From assembly GCA_030704615.1 (NCBI GenBank), contig CM060734.1:57226001-57290000 (forward strand): 64,000 nt of DNA. The letters are read 5' to 3'. Each line of letters starts with the position of its first letter. Within the stretch, counting starts at the first letter, position 1. This document shows positions 59,415-64,000 of the stretch, one piece after another. Below the pieces are notes generated by a model. The model had not been told where the DNA came from and made no database searches. It saw only the letters and a list, made by a program, of their open reading frames with translations. Made by a program: the position numbers and the translations under genes. Source of the DNA: Takakia lepidozioides (lineage: Eukaryota; Plantae; Bryophyta).

Positions 59415-62400
59415 ATGGCGGAGCTGCACCTTCAAAAGCATGTGGACTACATTAAGTCGCTCGACAAGGTTCGGTCACAGATTGGGGTACCGACTGATAG
59501 TTTATCGTGTGTTAGGATCCGACACTAATTGGATGCTCCTTGCGGTCCCAATGGCCACGTATGTAGTTCTGTAAGGGGTTAGGGTTTTCACGTTGACTAT
59601 GTACCTTACTTCTGTTCTGCTAAATATTCTGAAGGAAGAGTGAAATGTGCCATTGCCGAGGAGGGGTTTCTGCCTCGGATCTGGATCTGATTAGCAGTGT
59701 TGTTTACAATTGTTGGTTCAGAAGGCGGATTTTGATTCGCTGGTAATGGAGCACCTTCGCATGAGTGGGGCATACTGGGGGCTCACTGCAATGGACATCA
59801 TGGGCTGCCTTGGAGACATGGACGCTAATGAAATTGTGGCCTGGCTTCTAAAATGCCAGGATGAGTCAGGTTAACTCTCTCTCCCTCGCTGAGATGTTTT
59901 CACCCCCAATTCTCCTTTCTTTCTTGTGTATCTACACCAGCCACTGTGGTGCTTTAGATCACAAGCCGTGTAGCGCATCCTCACTGTGGTTACAAATAGT
60001 CTTTGCACAATGCCTGTCCAGGGAATGGTATGGCAGGATTGGCACAAGGGCTTTGTTTGAGGTACAAGGTTCAGTGGTTAGCCACAAATTTGGTTAATAA
60101 TGAAGAGTGATTGATTTATGGATCACAGCAGTCATGATGGGATCATTTGAGTAGTTGAAACTCAATGGGTAGGAATTACAACTGCAGCTATTCACTGAGT
60201 GAAATTATCCAGGCTATGTCTTGGTTATATTGCATCTGTAACAAGGTTGGACACTATAGTGCTCTGTAGAGTAACAAGTATGACACATTACATCATTCTG
60301 ATATGTTTGATGCAAGTATGCCTATAAAAGCATGATGGTTCTGTGCAGGTGGTTTTGGGGGGAATCTTGGACATGACCCGCACATTATCTACACCCTCAA
60401 TGCAGTACACATATTGGCGCTGTTCGACAAACTTCATGTAGTTGATGCGGACAGAATTGCTTCATGTATCTTCCCATTTTGACTCTGGATATGGTGCATC
60501 TGTAGGGTTGGGCATGATGAGTTTTCCGTTTTTGACCCAAAATAGGAATTGAAATCTGGGATATCCTCTTTTAACAACAAAGATGACACTGAGAGATATG
60601 GAGAGGAAGGGGCCAGGCCACGCATGATTCCAGACGAGGTTCAAAACTTGTTATCAAGATTTGTACAATTCTGAGGCCCTTGATTCAGATGGCACAGATA
60701 TTGGCGGTTTGCAAAAGGAAGATGGATCTTTCGCAGGCGATGAGTGGGGAGAGATTGACACCCGGTATGCCCTCCCTTCAGCCTCAGGTGCTTCCACTGC
60801 TCTTACTTATTTCTAGCTAAAATCTTTTCCATTCCAGTTTGTTACCTAGAAAAGATGGATATTTTTCAACTAGCTTGGGTTGAACTTTTTAAACCCTGGT
60901 TCGCTGCATGTGATTGCTGAACCAGGAACATAGGCTAGCCGGAGACACTGGGAGGGAGATCCTACCATTATTGTTGCATCAGTCTCTTTCATATGATTTT
61001 GTTGCTTGGGCCTATCCTGTAGAGAACGGACTCGGGGCCTCAATTTACAAGGAATCCCCTACCTGCCACCATTAAAGGTTACTTTGGTTCAACTGAGGTG
61101 TGGAATGCAGTACATACTGGCATGAGCACCCAGCATGATACATGGAAATCAAAACATGTAGTGGCCAGGTTGAATAGGCTAAGAGTCCTCAGTGGCGTAG
61201 GTGTCGATGCTGCAGATTGATATGAAATGGGGTACTGGGGGACAGGTTTTCATATTGTGCCATCTGTTGCCTTTCCCTTCTGAAGCGTTTGGACAAAATT
61301 GATGTGAAGAAGGCCACAGACTATGTGGCCAGCTGCAAAAACTTTGATGGTGGCTTCGGCTGTACCCCTGGTGGAGAATCCCATGCTGGCCAGAGTATGT
61401 TCTTGTTGTTTTCATCTTGTTATCTGAGTTTGTTTATGCTTCTCGTTATGTAACTGTGGACAATTTCTAAGACAACTGCATCTAATCTTGACACAGCCCT
61501 TTTTTTTCCCCTTGTACTTCTCCTATTGTCAGTTTGTTATAATGGTAGTACGTACAAAATCTTCCATTGAGCTCTATTATGGTTAAATAAAATTCCGTGG
61601 TACTCTAGTACACTCTAAAAGTCTAGCTTACCCTTCTCTCTCTCTCTCTCTCTCCCTCTCCCAAATCTCTCTTGGTCTTTCTTCCTTCTGTGTTTATGTC
61701 TTGGGTTTTTTATGTTCTGAATGCTGAAGCCATGTCGCGAAGTCTTCCTGTGTTACAGAAAGTCTGTCTGCACCCTCTGTCAGAAGCTGATGACATCAGT
61801 GGGGGAGTTCTAACAAATGCTATACAGGATGTAGCACCTTGACTCTGAAGTGATTGGAGAGTAGTTTTTTTGGTTTTCTTCCTCTTTTTATTATTTCTTG
61901 TGTTTTGTCCTGATGGCTTTGTTTTCATCTTCTTTACCTTGCATGCGGCTAACTCCATTTTATCTCCTTTGTTTGCTGGAAGTAGGTGAACGTTTTGCCA
62001 TGTGTCATTTGGTCTTGTTCGTATTTTGTTGCAGTCTTTTGTTGTGTCGGAGCACTGGCTATAGCAGGAGCTTTACATCATGTGGATAAAGATCTCTTGG
62101 GGTGGTGGCTTTGTGAGCGTCAGGTCAAGTCTGGGGGCCTCAATGGGCGCCCTGAGAAACTCCCTGATGTAAGTGTTCCATTTATGCTGGTAATTAAGGG
62201 GCCATGGTTCGGGAGTCTAGAAGTGAAATGATATGTGTGTGGGAAGAGAGAGAGGCAGATTCATGTGTATAGAATGCAGAAAAAAGCAGGAGTGCCAGTC
62301 CTGAGGCAGAAATAAAAGTTTTTGAGATCATGGAATCCTTTTAAAGGTGAACATGCTTGCAGGTGTGCTACTCATGGTGGGTACTGTCAAGCCTTGTGAT

Positions 62401-63951
62401 GTTGGACCGTGTTCATTGGATTGACAAAAAAAAGCTTGAGACATTTATCCTTAATTGCCAGGTAAGATTGTTCCTCATGGAAAATGCTGCGAGCTTGCAT
62501 CTGAAGAGCCTTTAGAACTCAGGTTTCAAATTTTATCTCTCTCAAGTCTTTTTATATTGAGTTATGGAAAGAACTGGTCAGCTTAAATATATAGTGGCTC
62601 TCAACCTGCTGTTGAGAGTAAATAAGGTCCCTAAATCACTACTTGGGTGGAAGCATCCTGCTTTGTAAATAGGAATGGAGTGAAGCTGAGATGATTTCTT
62701 TTCTGCAATCAATCATACGCTTTGATATTTATCGTCAGTTCCACTGGTACTGAAGGCATCCATGGGTATCATTATGTCTGTTTGTGCCTGTTTTTTCACT
62801 CATCCACATACAAGACGTTGTTCTGAGCAGAGACACTTGTAAGGTGATTGGCTCCATTTGAAACTCTTCGGAGTTCCGATTTATGTAAGAGAATTGTCAA
62901 AAAGAGAAATGAATAGAAAACACAAATCCAAAATGCCCAGCCTGGAATGTTCTATGCTACGCTTAAAGACTGGTTGGGTAACTTATCCATGCATTGTTTT
63001 CATGGACAGGATCCAGAGTCTGGCGGAATATCTGATAGGCCCGATGATGCGGTGGATGTTTTTCACACCTTCTTTGGTGTAGCAGGTCTTCTATCTTACA
63101 TGTTTTCTTTCTTCTTGTCAAACATGTCAAACGTGTCAATAATTTCTGCTTGTCAAGTATTGAAGCTCGGAGTCCTCCTGGAGTATACATGGGGGTGGTT
63201 TGCCAGTGGTAGTTTGTCTGATGTGGCAGCTTCTTGTCTGGCATGTTGAGAGATGTGTGGGCAGAGCATGAACCCTCCAAGAGTCTAACCCAAACCTGAG
63301 CCCAGTGGCCATAATATCTGTGCACAAACATTGCAATCTTGTTGTAGGGAATTGGCTGTGGATGTACAGGATGGTATAGACATTTTGCCAGCAAACTGAA
63401 TGTGGATTTTAGCACTCCTGCTCCAGCCCATCTGGCCAGTGGCCATAATATCTGTGCACAAACATTGCAATCTTGTTGTAGGGAATTGGCTGTGGATGTA
63501 CAGGATGGTATAGACATTTTGCCAGCAAACTGCACTCCTGCTCCAGCCCATCTGGCCACACTCCTAGAAAGGGAGAGAATGTACTACAAGACGTTTGTGA
63601 AAGCCTTGTGGCCGTAGACCCTGCTCCCAGTTTTGGCGGAACTCTAGAAAGGGAGAGAAGGAAGAGAGAGAGAGACTTGTCCTAGAGCTTAAATAGGCAG
63701 GATAGAGATGGTGAGATGACAAACAGAACCAGACAGGGCTAATGAATCATGAAATAAATTCTTTGTGTTGTTATTTGGGTACGATTGAGTGTGCTGGTTT
63801 TCCTCAAACAGTTGTGATGTGGTTTTGAGCAGGTTTGGCTTTATTGGAGTATCCAGGGCTCAAGCCCATAGACCCGGCATATGCTATCCCAGTGGAGGTT
63901 GTAGACAGAGTGTTCTTCGGGGTTCAGACGGGACCCAAAAGAGGGCTATGA
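59415..63951 (+). CDS. RGTB: Geranylgeranyl transferase type-2 beta subunit (Rab GGTase beta), 320 aa
   Basis: Exons 59415-59468, 59722-59869, 60349-60465, 60698-60764, 61246-61394, 62035-62168, 62363-62461, 63010-63085, 63833-63951 total 963 nt in phase. [47 protein letters not shown]. Confidence 0.96.
63302..63558. repeat. ~134 bp tandem duplication in RGTB intron 8
   Basis: CCAGTGGCCATAATATCTGTGCACAAAC...CTCCAGCCCATCTGGCCA occurs twice. Confidence 0.85.
63580..63643 (-). mobile_element. 64 bp 3'-terminal LINE fragment
   Basis: Family 3' end between 16 bp TSDs CTAGAAAGGGAGAGAA (63564-63579, 63644-63659). Confidence 0.85.
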
Positions 63952-64000
63952 GAGCTTGTTTTTCCGCATTTCATGCCCACACTTTTCGCTTTTCATTCAC

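Overview
Nuclear DNA of a land plant, most likely a non-seed plant such as a bryophyte or lycophyte (inferred from the PLS-PPR gene, self-priming Tcn1-type chromovirus and Helentron relic). Three apparently intact spliced genes were traced by hand: NRPB7 (+, 6 exons), a 29-exon full-size ABCG/PDR-type transporter (-) and Rab geranylgeranyl transferase beta (+, 9 exons). There are two pseudogenes (a PLS-PPR-E gene and TTLL12) and many mobile elements: a very young Ty3 chromovirus, an older Tcn1-like chromovirus, a 4.4 kb LINE plus four 3' fragments of its family, a (CATTT)n-tailed SINE-like family and Helentron remnants. The main surprises are: (1) two in-frame exons put a PDZ-like domain between NBD1 and TMD1 of the ABCG transporter; (2) the PPR gene carries two N-terminal OSB-type PDF (ssDNA-binding) motifs on spliced exons that the ORF track misses; (3) the LINE has a textbook twin-priming 5' inversion and its family prefers AGAA/AGAGA targets; (4) the Tcn1-like element has an intact extra ORF with its own TATA box and an 11-nt self-priming PBS. 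All calls are by eye and no database searches were run.
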